Below, in pieces: positions 11,058 through 22,000 of a stretch of DNA of 64,000 nt (positions are counted from its first letter, which is position 1; each line of letters begins with the position of its first letter). Below the pieces are notes generated by a model. It saw only the letters and a list, made by a program, of their open reading frames with translations, searched no databases and was not told the DNA's origin. This DNA is from Guillardia theta CCMP2712 (lineage: Eukaryota > Protista > Cryptophyta). Location of the stretch: NCBI RefSeq assembly GCF_000315625.1, contig NW_005434670.1, forward strand, positions 412,833 to 476,832. Direction: 5' to 3'. A program made the position numbers and the translations under genes.

Positions 11058-12568
11058 TTAGGACCAATTGCACATGAATTTGGAACCGAAGGCGTCTGAT
11101 CCTTTAAGCAGCCAGGAGTTAAGTAGGATTTGAACGATGAGGTCCAGCCCTGCATGGTTGGCGATTCAGATCAACCTCAGAGAGAACAGGAAGATCATGA
11201 GTTACACAAGAGATCAAATTATAGAACAAATACCAGCCAGATCATCCGTTGCAAGTTTGAGGAGGTGGATGCTATCTCACTATGATACCACATTGCTAAT
11301 TTTCCGTTAAGAGGAAGAAGGTTGGCGCTGAAAAACAAATGAGAAAAAACAATTGAGAAGCACCACGAAATTCTCTGCTGGTGAAGGAACATGTTTGTAC
11401 CTAGTATAGATCGAAAAAGCAAGCGATGTGCCATCGACGGCCTTGAAGACCAAGACAAAAGAACATAATGCCAGCAAAGTGCAAATGAGTGTCAAAGTTG
11501 AAATGGAGGCTCCCTCGTCCTTGATGCCATTGCAACGAGCCTCGTTGGAATGAAGTTCCTACGCAAGTGAATCAACAAAATTAACGAGATTTTGGTTCAA
11601 ATACCTCCTTTTGTCCGACTGAAAGCTCTTCGGCAAAAAGTTTCCTATTCACATGCAAAGGGGCCAATCGATGTCTTGAATCTTCTGCGATGAAAAATTG
11701 TTGGAGTTCTGGTGTCTGTTTCACCAGAATCTCTTGTATACTTCCCACCTGATCCTGTGCTACTTCTGTGTTCTTAGGTCCACTGAGACCACCAGACCAA
11801 TCCTGACACGGTAAGCACGATGCAGTTGGAGACTTTCTTGATCTCTGATACGCACTTCTCAAGTCATGAGTTCTTCTGTCAACCACTGCAGGAATGTTCT
11901 TGTCTTCTGAAATTCCAATACAGTCTTGAAACCAGTCCGCCGGCAAAGATTCATCTAGGACGTGGAGAACATCCATATCTGATGAGTTGCGTCTTTAAAC
12001 CAACAACATGAAACTTCTGGGGAGGCAACAGACTCACCCTCATGACTCGCTTCAGAGGGACTGAGGTGAGAAATGGTTGGGGTTGGACATGAAGCCACCT
12101 CGTCTTCGCCTCCTCGTTTGGTTGTTCTACCCCGTCCTACTGTTGAGCAGCAGGTTGAATTTGATCAGATTGTAAAAGTAATCGAAATTATTTAATTACC
12201 TAGACCCAGCTGACTTTTGACGGCGAGGAAAACTTCCTTGCTGTTGAATCGAGGGGAAACGTTGGTCGCTACCTTGCTGCAGTTCTTGGCAAGATGATAC
12301 GCCGCTAATTTCAGTTTTGGAACCTTGCTGTTTAAAACACCTGCAACAAATCATTAAGTCGAACTAATAAAGAAGAAATTTGTTGACATGAGCAAAAAGC
12401 TTCAAAACACTCAGACAATTGATCATACAAGTATCAATATGTCTCACCAGGGGATGAGATCTGATGACGAGGAAGTGGAGAGTTCAACAGAGGAGATGGA
12501 TCTGCTTTTGATGGCAGCAAGCGAGCAGCTTCCCCCTCGTCCTCCATGGAGTCATCGTATCCCTCCAT
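11058..12568 (-). CDS. Hypothetical spliced protein
   Basis: ATG at 12568 (MEGYDDSMEDEGE...), GT-AG introns and a 131-aa open exon (11581-11976). No family recognised; 3' end uncertain. Confidence 0.35.
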
Positions 12569-12583
12569 TCCGCCTTCTGACCA

Positions 12584-12720
12584 CGTAACCGCCTAGCCGT
12601 TCTTCATATTGCTGTAACTGACAGATTGATATGTAACGGGCGACGAAAAATTGTGACGGCAGTTACAACCATGTAACGATATTGGAGTCATGAAACCACA
12701 GTAACGGTCTATCTTACGGG
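12584..12720. promoter_or_regulatory. Cluster of GTAAC(G/T)G (Myb-site-like) motifs
   Basis: cgtaaccg 12584, tgtaactg 12613, tgtaacgg 12632, cagttaca 12660, tgtaacga 12672, agtaacgg 12700, directly upstream of the ATG at 12568 (-). Confidence 0.5.
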
Positions 12721-13954
12721 TATCTCGCCCGATCTCTGCCATTCAGATAAAAACAACATTTTAAGAATTGAAGCCGTCCCCCATCAACCCCATACCCCTA
12801 GAAGAGGACTTGCGGTAAGTAGGGGGGGTCAGGTGGACTTCTAGCCTCAAGGGATTCGGGTAGGTGAGGTAGGGTGGTTGGAGGCTACGGGTTATCACTC
12901 CATTCTGAGCTTGACCGATGGTCGAGTCTGGTGCTGTAGAGAGGCCGCTGGTAACTGACTGCCTCGCCTAACTGGGGTACTGACCATGGTAGGCGAAACA
13001 AGGGGTATGGAAAGCGGCAGAAGGCCATGGCCCGGAGTAGGGTAGGGTCTGAACGATTGAAAAGTGGAGCATGCCATACTTTACGAGATGGTATCTGGGA
13101 AGAACAAAACGGAAACATGTCCTTTGAAGAAGAGGCTAAAGAATCTCGATGAATCTCGGAGGGCCGGAAGCAAAAAAAGAGTAGTTAGCGCAACGAACGA
13201 ATCAACCATTGTGATTCTGTAAGATCTCGCAATTTGAGATCGCACGAGATTGTAGGAGATCATGATTATGAGATCGGGGCTAATCTCGACGTAGGAGATA
13301 CGGATTCCTAGCACATAACTTGTTAGGAAACCCTAACATAATTTTCTCGGGGTCCTAGGGAGTGGATCTCCTAGGGCCTCATCCCTGCCTTCACCAGCGC
13401 TACTTGGCGGACTGGACATGGGAGGCCACAGGTCAGTACCCCTCCCTGCATATGTAAGATTTTTTCCCTCAATCTGGTGGGTCCTATAAATACTCGCCAT
13501 TCCTCCATTCTCAGATGGATTTATCACCCCCACCCCACCTACCTCATCCATACCTACTACCCCGCTCTATTCACTACCCCTACCCCATCCACCTGCTCTT
13601 TTGCCCCCCCTTTCCGCGTCTTGAGCTGCTTCCCTCCCGTCCTTTTCTGCTCACCTTGTTTCACCGCATCTATCAGAATCTCAACTCAACCCCTTCGTGT
13701 ACTCCAATCCTCTCTCCTTACCATTCCTTATCACCATTCCTTTCGCCCTTCTGGCGTAATCTTCAAGGGACTCCCCCATACGGATTTGGCGACAGATTTC
13801 TCTTCTGCATATCTGTCGTGCTTGAAACAATGTCAATTTGAAGTATGCGACATTGGCTTGAGTCGATTACACTGCATTCTGTTTTATTCTGACACCATCT
13901 CAATTCAATTCAATTTTTTTTTAATACCTTTCAGAATCCCTTAGCACTTGATTC

Positions 13955-14995
13955 ATGTCTTCATACACTATCTCTGTGCGTCCAGACAAGGAGGCAGGAT
14001 ATTCAGGCGTGGTTGCGCAACCGCTGAGATCAGTCTTGCCTCTTCCCTTGCCATTCGTGTCAAGTTTTGCGTGCTTGGATAATTCACTTTTGCATTCTTT
14101 CAATCAAACGCTCTATGGAAGACCTCATACCGAGAGTAATCAAAATTATGTGCTGCCTAGTGGGAGTCGCTGTATCACATCTCTTGATTTGCCTTCCAAT
14201 GGCATCAAGGTTATCAAGCCGCACTCCGAAATTGGTTTCAACGCTTTGCCACAGTCGTATCGCATTCATTTCGCCGGAAGCTCTGATTTCCATGAAGCAA
14301 CTCAGAACTTAAAGATGATCAAGGATTCAAATCTCTTGTCAAATCAGAAGCATATCAAACAGGATGTAACGTGCATGAGGGGGAAGAGTCTTGAATCCCA
14401 AGACGAAGGGAGGGAGGCTGAGGATAGTAGCGATGCCTCCTCCAACAGTGACAAAAAACGCAAGTCGTGGAAGATAATGCTCAGTGCAGAACAAGCTGTT
14501 GAAATCTACAAACAGTTGCCTGCAGACACTTTGCATGTTACCAGCAAGTCTGTAACCGTGGGAAAGCAGTTCGGTGTTAGTGCGAAGACAATCAGAGATA
14601 TTTGGAAACGAGAGACTTGGGTCAAGGCAACACGGGAATTCTGGTCCGAAGAAGATGAAATTCGTTACAGAGAAAAAGAAAAGCAAGAGCAAGACACAGA
14701 GAAATGTCCTCCAGGAAGCGTTGCCTCACTTCTTGCAGATGACATGAAACGTACTCCGTCCCCCAACTCAATCTCATCTTCAAGAACACGCGGAAGACCG
14801 AAGGGTGTCAAAGACTCAAGACCAAGAAAGAGAAGATTCGTCGCAGACTCCTCAGATTGTGGTTCCGATAAGCCAAGGGGCCTTCCTACACAATGCCAGA
14901 AATTTCCGCATAGCTTCTCGAATATTGCGTCTCAGTATCTTCCAATCAAAAACTTTAATCAACCATACTTACAACTAACCAAATGTAGGTCCTAA
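13955..14995 (+). CDS. Putative DNA-binding protein: homeodomain-like/Psq-CENP-B-type HTH plus AT-hook
   Basis: LSAEQAVEIYK...SVTVGKQFGVSAKTIRDIWKRETW (14477-14644) and RGRPKGVKDSRPRKRR (14789-14836). Probably continues through introns to ~15400. Confidence 0.7.
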   Translation: MSSYTISVRPDKEAGYSGVVAQPLRSVLPLPLPFVSSFACLDNSLLHSFNQTLYGRPHTESNQNYVLPSGSRCITSLDLPSNGIKVIKPHSEIGFNALPQSYRIHFAGSSDFHEATQNLKMIKDSNLLSNQKHIKQDVTCMRGKSLESQDEGREAEDSSDASSNSDKKRKSWKIMLSAEQAVEIYKQLPADTLHVTSKSVTVGKQFGVSAKTIRDIWKRETWVKATREFWSEEDEIRYREKEKQEQDTEKCPPGSVASLLADDMKRTPSPNSISSSRTRGRPKGVKDSRPRKRRFVADSSDCGSDKPRGLPTQCQKFPHSFSNIASQYLPIKNFNQPYLQLTKCRS

Positions 14996-15669
14996 AAATT
15001 GATTACACTGAAAAAACAATTTTCGTTGGATAAACAAAGAGTTGTTCAAATACGTTTTCGGTCCTGTGGCAGCCAATTGTCCTGAATATGAAATGCTTTT
15101 ATAATTTCATATCAGTATTCACCTTTGTTCTATGGTACGATTGACACTTTGCTGACACAAAAACTTGCAGGCAATCAGTATTTTTCAGGAGAGCAGCAAA
15201 CTAATGAGAGTCCCGCTCCCTTTCTCTACTTTCCTCCGATCCAAACCCCAAGCGCTCATGGTTGCCCTCGCTCATTCACTTCTTTTTCACATTCTTCTTC
15301 CTTTGTCTTTCAATCAGGATAGGATACAGAGATAATCAGATGGAGGGAAACAGCACAGATACAGGAGGTCATCAGTCCTGGCACTTGCTAGGACTTTCTT
15401 TGTGACACATCAAGCCAATGCCGGTGTCGAAAGTAAATCCGTGAGAAAGCACAAGCGTCTATCAAAGGACTGTGGAGAACGCGAATATGAAAGATGCCAG
15501 AGCAGTCTTTCAAACCTCTTAATGAGAAGGAGTGCCAAATCTTTATGAAAATAGTACTATACTCTGCACAAAAGTAATCTCGACCACCGACCACGTAACA
15601 ATGAATTGCACGATATCCAGAAGAGTTTACCTTCATAGCATGAGAGAGCAAATACCAAACTTCACGATC

Positions 15670-16237
15670 TTACCGGTTGCGGGAGTAAAAGTAGTCCCAC
15701 TGGTCACGAGCACGACGCCAGTCATCGTAGGCGGCCCAGTTGTTAGCCTGATAGTAAGTGTCCTCTGCCTTCTTGTAATAGAAGCGAGCTGTCTTCTGAT
15801 AATCACCCGCCTGGGTATACAGGGCTGCTGCCTTCTTTCCGTAAAGTGCCTGGAACTGTGCACATTTCTTGTCAGCTAATTTGAAAGCGAAATCAAAGCT
15901 TTTGCGTTGGATACGCTACAAACCAAACGAGGTGACAAGAATAGACTACCAACACCAAAACTTATTGATACAAACACTAAAACAACATTTCGATCAGATA
16001 ACATCAATCGAGTCATGACGAATCCAAACGCCGGACAGATGAACGTCTGTTTTAGTTACAACCTAAATGTTGCAAATGACGACATGCAAATAAAAAAAGT
16101 GAAAACAATCCAGATGCAGTATGACTCGAGGGTAAAATCCTCTGTACGTGATAACATCAATCTCTGATGGCACAGACACCATCGACTGCTTTTTCGCTTT
16201 CCTCTTCATCAACTGCATTTGCATGCCAGCTTACCAT
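15670..16237 (-). CDS. Small 62-aa Tyr/Trp-rich protein with ATG-only first exon
   Basis: ATG 16235-16237 followed by a gtaag donor; acceptor ctgac...cacag ending at 15856; exon 15855-15670 = FQALYGKKAAALYTQAGDYQKTARFYYKKAEDTYYQANNWAAYDDWRRARDQWDYFYSRNR*. Confidence 0.65.
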
Positions 16238-16711
16238 CGCTCTTGGCTTCCGCGTTCTATTTTGGGTGAAACCTCATCTAGGCACGGGTCCTAGGACCTC
16301 AAGGCTCTCTCATAATAATTCCAGTATGACCGGGCTAGGACCACCCTAGCCTACTTCCTACTGGCCGTCGGCCGGGCCGGCACCGGAAGGGCCGGGCCCT
16401 AGAGGCTGGTGGCCCTTTGACTATCGGACCCTCGCCCGTGAAGTCAGTGAGCCCCCCTCGTGTCCCTCGCTCACCGTAGCGGCAGTTTCTTGTCCGCCCC
16501 CTTCCCTTACCGCCCATAGGCTGACTTACTGCCCTGTACCCGCTCGGACCCACTTCTCTGAGCTCTAGACCTCTCTCCTCTCCTCTCCTCTCCTCTCACT
16601 CGGCAACCCTCCTCTCCTTTCTCTTCTCTCTGAGTCTCTATCTCTCTCTCTTTCTTCCCTGCCTCTGTAAGGTGTCCGTTGTCAGTCTGACATCTCGTCG
16701 CCTACAAGAGC

Positions 16712-18881
16712 ATGCGGCTGCTCTTCATCAGCAGCAACGTGGGAGGCCTCTACCCCTCCGAGCTTCTTCCTTCTTGCTTTAGTCTGCCGACCTCGCCTCG
16801 CAGTAAGAGGAACATGGAGACGTGGGTTGACGCCATCGTGGGATGCTTGAAGCACGAGCTGCCCGACATGATCTACCTTAACATGCAGGAGATGGGAGGA
16901 AAGCACAAGGAAAACGTCGCCGTGCTCTCCCGCCCCGACAACATGCTATCACAAATTCTGGATCTGCTTTGCAGCAGGTTGACAGCAAGGTACTTGTCCG
17001 AGAGGAAGCGCTTGTGGGCATCGCGGCTTGTGTTCTGTACTGGAAGGCCTTGCTCCGACGAGTCACGGTTGCTTCTCTTGAGAAAGATGAGGCAACAGCT
17101 GAATGTCGTTCGTGCAGGAGAGAGGAGGTTGAGATGAGGCAGAGCAGTGACGTGAAGGAGCAGGAGCTTGAGAGCTTCACAGGGCTCGCTTGCATCTTCT
17201 TTGCCGATGAGGATCTGCTCGATGCCGGGGTGATCAGGTCGATCAACTTGAAGACCGGGGAGGAGGAGGTTGGGGTCTCCTGCTCTTTCGCTTCCTGATT
17301 CAACTGCAGGATCCCCGGCATGCACTTGAAGCTCACGACCCCCAGCTCTGCATGTTCACGTTTCTGCCTCCTGCTTGCCAGCACGAGAAGACGCACGAGT
17401 GAGAGCCTCTCCTGCTCCTCCCTCACTCAGCGTGTGCGACAGGAGCAGTCGGAAAGGGTTTCTGCTGAGTCGCTGGAGGCTCGGGGAGGTGATGAAGAGG
17501 GCTGGCCCGTCGCAACTAATGGCTGCCGAAAGCTCTCGCTGCTAGATGTGGCCAACGTTCACCTCCTGCACGACAGCAACAACCTTGAAAGTGCTGCCTC
17601 GTCTCCGTCGCGAGCTGCGAGGTGAACGTGAGAAAGATAGGACAGAGCGAAGCGAGGAGGACATGTCTGGAAGCGAAGTCAGTGTGAGATGGGAGGAGGG
17701 GGAAGAAGAGGACAGGAGCACAGACGAGCGCAGCAGGATGTCAGCTGCGCAGGACTTGGGATTCATGCTGACATGAGTTGTCACAGGGAGAGAAACGCGA
17801 TGCTCCATCACATAGTCAAGTCAGCAAACGTGTCAGACAGCTCGTCCTTCATTGCCTGGTGCGAGGAGGAGAGGAGGAGAGGAGGAGGGGTGTAGCAGGA
17901 GTAGGAGTAGGAGCGGGAGGAGATCAGGAGAGGCAGGGTGAAAAGCAATATCCTGAGTCATCCTTAGTGGCGACTTCAACTTTCGTCTTGATCTTCATGC
18001 TCTCTGTCAAGATTTCCCACAGAGAGTCAAGGTACGTCAAAACTGCCACCCTCACGCCCCACCTCTCCCTGTTCCTACCAGAGTCTACCTCCCTCCCTGG
18101 TCGCCCTTCAACGCCCTGGCAGGTGATGAGCAAGGATAGGGTCTGGCATGATTTTCATTCTGACGAGATATCAAACGACTTGCGCGCCTACGACAGGTTC
18201 TTCTCCTCTCCTCTCCTCTCCTCTCCTCTCCTCACTTTTACTCCCTTTCCTCCTTCGCCTGCCCCTACTTTGCCTCTGGTCGCTTCTGATTGTTGCTGCT
18301 CTGAATCTCATCAGGGAGCTGAAGGCGTTCAACTCTTTTTTCCCCTCCCCCCTCCTCTTCGAGTTCGCCTTCCCTCCAGACCAGGCCTCTCATTGGCCTC
18401 CATCCTACATGCTCGACTCCTCTGGTTCACTTTCACAAGAGCCGAGCAGGCATGATCGTGGAGGAGGAGCAGGAGGGGGAGGACGAAGAAGAGGACGAGG
18501 AAGGAGGAGGAGTAGGAGGAGGAGGAGGAGGAGGAGGAGGAGGGAGATCTTAAGTGGGCTCGCAGGCTCAGCTATCATGACAAACGATTTCCTGCCTGGT
18601 GTGATCGCATCCTTGCAACCGAAAAATTGTGGAAGCAGCTGGGGATCAGGTTGCCCCCCTCCCCCGCCTCCTTCACCTTCCCGCCTGTTGGCTGCGCGTT
18701 ATGTGCCCCTCCTCTGACTTTCAGTAGGGACGTTGGCGCGCACTCCTGGGCCTCCTCTATCTCCTACACCCTGGTGACCTCCAGCCACTCGTCTCCTCTT
18801 CCTCATCTCTCGCAGGCGACTCGGTCGGGCTCGGACCATGGCATCGTGTCGCTCTCAGCGGATTTAACTGTAGAACTCTAG
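16712..18881 (+). CDS. Type I inositol 1,4,5-trisphosphate 5-phosphatase (INPP5A-like)
   Basis: Exons carry LLFISSNVGGL, LNMQEMGGK, LDVANVHLLHD.NN, GDFNFRLD (17969), PSYML, PAWCDRIL and GSDHGIV. Confidence 0.85.
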
Positions 18882-19012
18882 TGGAAGACAAGCAAAGAAG
18901 GTGGGGGTGGAGGAGAGGAAGGAGGAGGGGAGGGATGTAGAAGGAAGGGGAGAGCTGAGAGGCTTGAGGGACCTTTGAGATATTTACAGTGAAACGAAAA
19001 CTTACAAAACGG

Positions 19013-22000
19013 TCATGAGAACAAGAAGTTGGCAGCCGAGCTGAACAAACCGCTCTTTGCTTTGCTCTGCTCAACGTCAGCTGGACTCTCGCTCGAGTGA
19101 ACTTCACCTGAGCATTTGCTATGCGTTCGCGGTCAGACGAGGAGAAGGCGAGCAGGTCGGCAAGGACAGGGATCAGCGCTTCGTGCTCCTGCGGTCCCAC
19201 CTGAAAGAAGTCAGCAGGAGATGCAAGAGGAAGAGAGAGCCGTACTCCCAGCTGCGGGGAAGAGAGGATGAAGCGGACGATGACTTCTTTGAGGTACTCC
19301 TGGGGCACAGACTGCCGCTTGAGCTCCTGCATGACCAATACAGTGAGTGAGAGACTAAGAGGAGGAGGAGGAGGAGATGCCTGCGAGAGCAGCGCGACCT
19401 CTTGCTTCAGAATGTCAACCTGCAGCGTGTGGGTCACGCAAGGAGGAGGAGAGGAGGAGGAGGAGGGCGATCTGCATGGAAGAGAGGGGATTAGGGAGTG
19501 ATGCACGTTGTACCTGCAGCTTGTACTTGCTCTCGATCTCCTCCATCTCTCGGAAAAGTTCCGCATTCTGCCTCTCCAACATGGATTCCTTTTGCTTGCT
19601 CGCAGCTGGAGAGCCATTCTCCCCCCCACCCCAACCACTCCCAGTCCTCGATAGCGCGGCTCTGAGTTTGCTCCGAAGCTCGGCGATCTGCTCGTCCTTA
19701 TCTTGCAGCATTGCCCTACACCACAGTCAGCCCATCCCTCCGCCTCCTCCTCTCACCTCGCGCGTCGTCGGTAATCATCCAAGTTCGTCTCCTTCTCCTC
19801 CAACGAGTCCGTCGACGAGACGAGCTGCAAGTCGGAGGAGGAGGCTCCTTCCCGCCCTTCCACCGTTGCCTCATCCTCTGCCTTCTCCTTCTCCCTCGTC
19901 GCATCCGTCGGCTCGCTCGCAGTGCTGAGGGTGGCTGTGCGCATGAGGTCTTCCAATGCCTCGAGCTCGCTCATGCTACCCGACGATCGTTGCAGGGCCG
20001 TCGCCTCGATCATGAGCCTCTTCTCCAGCTCCTCCACTCGCTCCTTCAGCTGCTCGTTCACTTCCTTGGTCTTCTTGTGGTCCCCGACGGCTCGCGCACA
20101 GGCTGTCTTGAGCGTCTCGTGACTCTCCTTGAGCTTCTTGTACTTGTCCGACTTCTCCTCCATCCTCTGCTGCAGCGCCTCTAGCTCAGCCTGCAGTCCG
20201 CCATCCTGCTCCTTCTGCCTCATGTCTAGCTTCTCCAGCAGTGTCGCCACCTCAGCTCGAGAGGCTTCATTCTCACTCAAGCTCTTGTCCAGTTGCTGAC
20301 GAACAGCCTCTAGCTCCTCGCCCACCAGCTTGACCTTCTCCTCCAGCTTCTCGTTGCTCTCACTTAGTTCCTTCACCTGTTCCTTCAGCTTCTGCTCCAT
20401 CTCCTCCGACGCCCCCAGCTGCGATTTGAGATGGTCCGTCATCTTCTGGGCCTCCTGCCGCACCTTCGCCATCGACTTCTTGTTGTCCTCCAGCTCTTGC
20501 TCAGCTTCCTTCGTTTTCTCCAGCTGCTCTTTCAGCTGAACCCGCAGGGACGTGCAGTCATAGTCCCACTTCCCCCTCTCCTTGTCGAATGTCACCTGAA
20601 GCTTCCGGTACTCTGCCATCATCTCCTCAACCTCGCTCTGGCTCAAGCTCGCAGGAGGTGCGGCCACACCTCCCTCCTCTACCTCTGCCGCTTTCTCCTG
20701 ACCATTTGCCATGCTCCCTTCGACTTCCTCCTTGTCCTCCACCTTCTCGTCCTCCAACTTCATGTCCTCCTTTGCCTGCTCTGCGTCAACATCCACGGCG
20801 CTCGCGTCTCCCTCTTTCTCCTTGGCTCTGCTCATCTCCTCCTTCAAGCGCGTGTTCTCCTCGCGCAGCACCTCGTTCTCGCCTTGCATCGCCTCCTGAC
20901 TCTCCTTGTATCTCTGCACCGTCTTTTTGTACTCGGCCTTGTACCTCTCCATTCGGTTCTTCTCATCCGCCAGCTCCTCCATCAGCTGTTTGCATTCCTC
21001 CTGCAACTTCTGCATCCCCTCTCCATCTCCTGCTGTCGTTTCGTGCGAGTCTTGGACGGCAGTGAGCTCCTTCCGAGCCAGGTCTCGCTCCTGCTCCAGC
21101 ACGGCCTTGAGAGAGTTCAGCTCTGCAACCTGGTTGATCAGATAGGCTCTCTCAGCCGACATCCTCTCTTCCTTCTCGATCATCTCAGCCTTTTCCTTTG
21201 CTTCTCTTTCTCTCTCCACCTCGACTGTCTTCTTGGCCTGCGAACGAACGCGATCGAGCTGAGTTTTCAGGTCCTTGTTCTCCTGCCAGAGGGCTTGCAG
21301 CTCAGACTTCATGTCCACCCTCATTGTCTCCGCGTCATTTCCCGTCTCACTCCCCTGCTCACTCATGTCATGCTGCTCCTCTATGACCGAAGCAGATGAA
21401 GTGCCTCGAGCAGATTCGTCCTGCTCCTGCTCCTCCTGCTCCCGCTGCTGCCCCTGCCCCTGCTCCTGCTCCTGCTCCCCTGGCTCGCCCGACGTGCCCG
21501 TATCGTTGGCCTGCTCCGTGCTCCCTGTCTTAGCCTCCTCAGCCTTCCTGGCTTTCTCCTTCCATCCCTCCAGATCTGCCGTCAGCGTCTGAATCTTCGA
21601 CTCCGCTTCTCTCCCTTCAGCCTCGACCGCGAGCAGCTTCTCCGTCAGCTGCTCGATCTCCGTCTTCAGCTTCAGCTCCTTGTCCTCCATGCTCGCCTTG
21701 GTCTTCGCCTCCCTTTCCTTGGCCGTCTCAATCGTCTCCTTCGCCTTCGCCTTGATCGACTCCAGCTGCTCCTTGGCTCTCATCGCCTCCTGCATGCTTG
21801 AGGCCAGCTGTTCTTCCGCTACCCGCTTCTCTGCTTCTAGTTTCTCTACGGCTGATGCCTGCTCCTCCATGCTTGCCTGCAGCGTCTCGACCTGCCTCTC
21901 AAGCTCCTCGATCCTCGCCCGCATGGTCTCCGTCACAGCAGCATGCTCCATCTGCTGGCCCGAGCTCTGCTCTTGTAGGCTTCTCAGCTCCTGCTCTACT

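Noticed and set aside
15532-15879. 115-aa plus-strand hydrophobic ORF
   Set aside because: Antisense shadow of the minus-strand 62-aa gene, which has proper splice signals.
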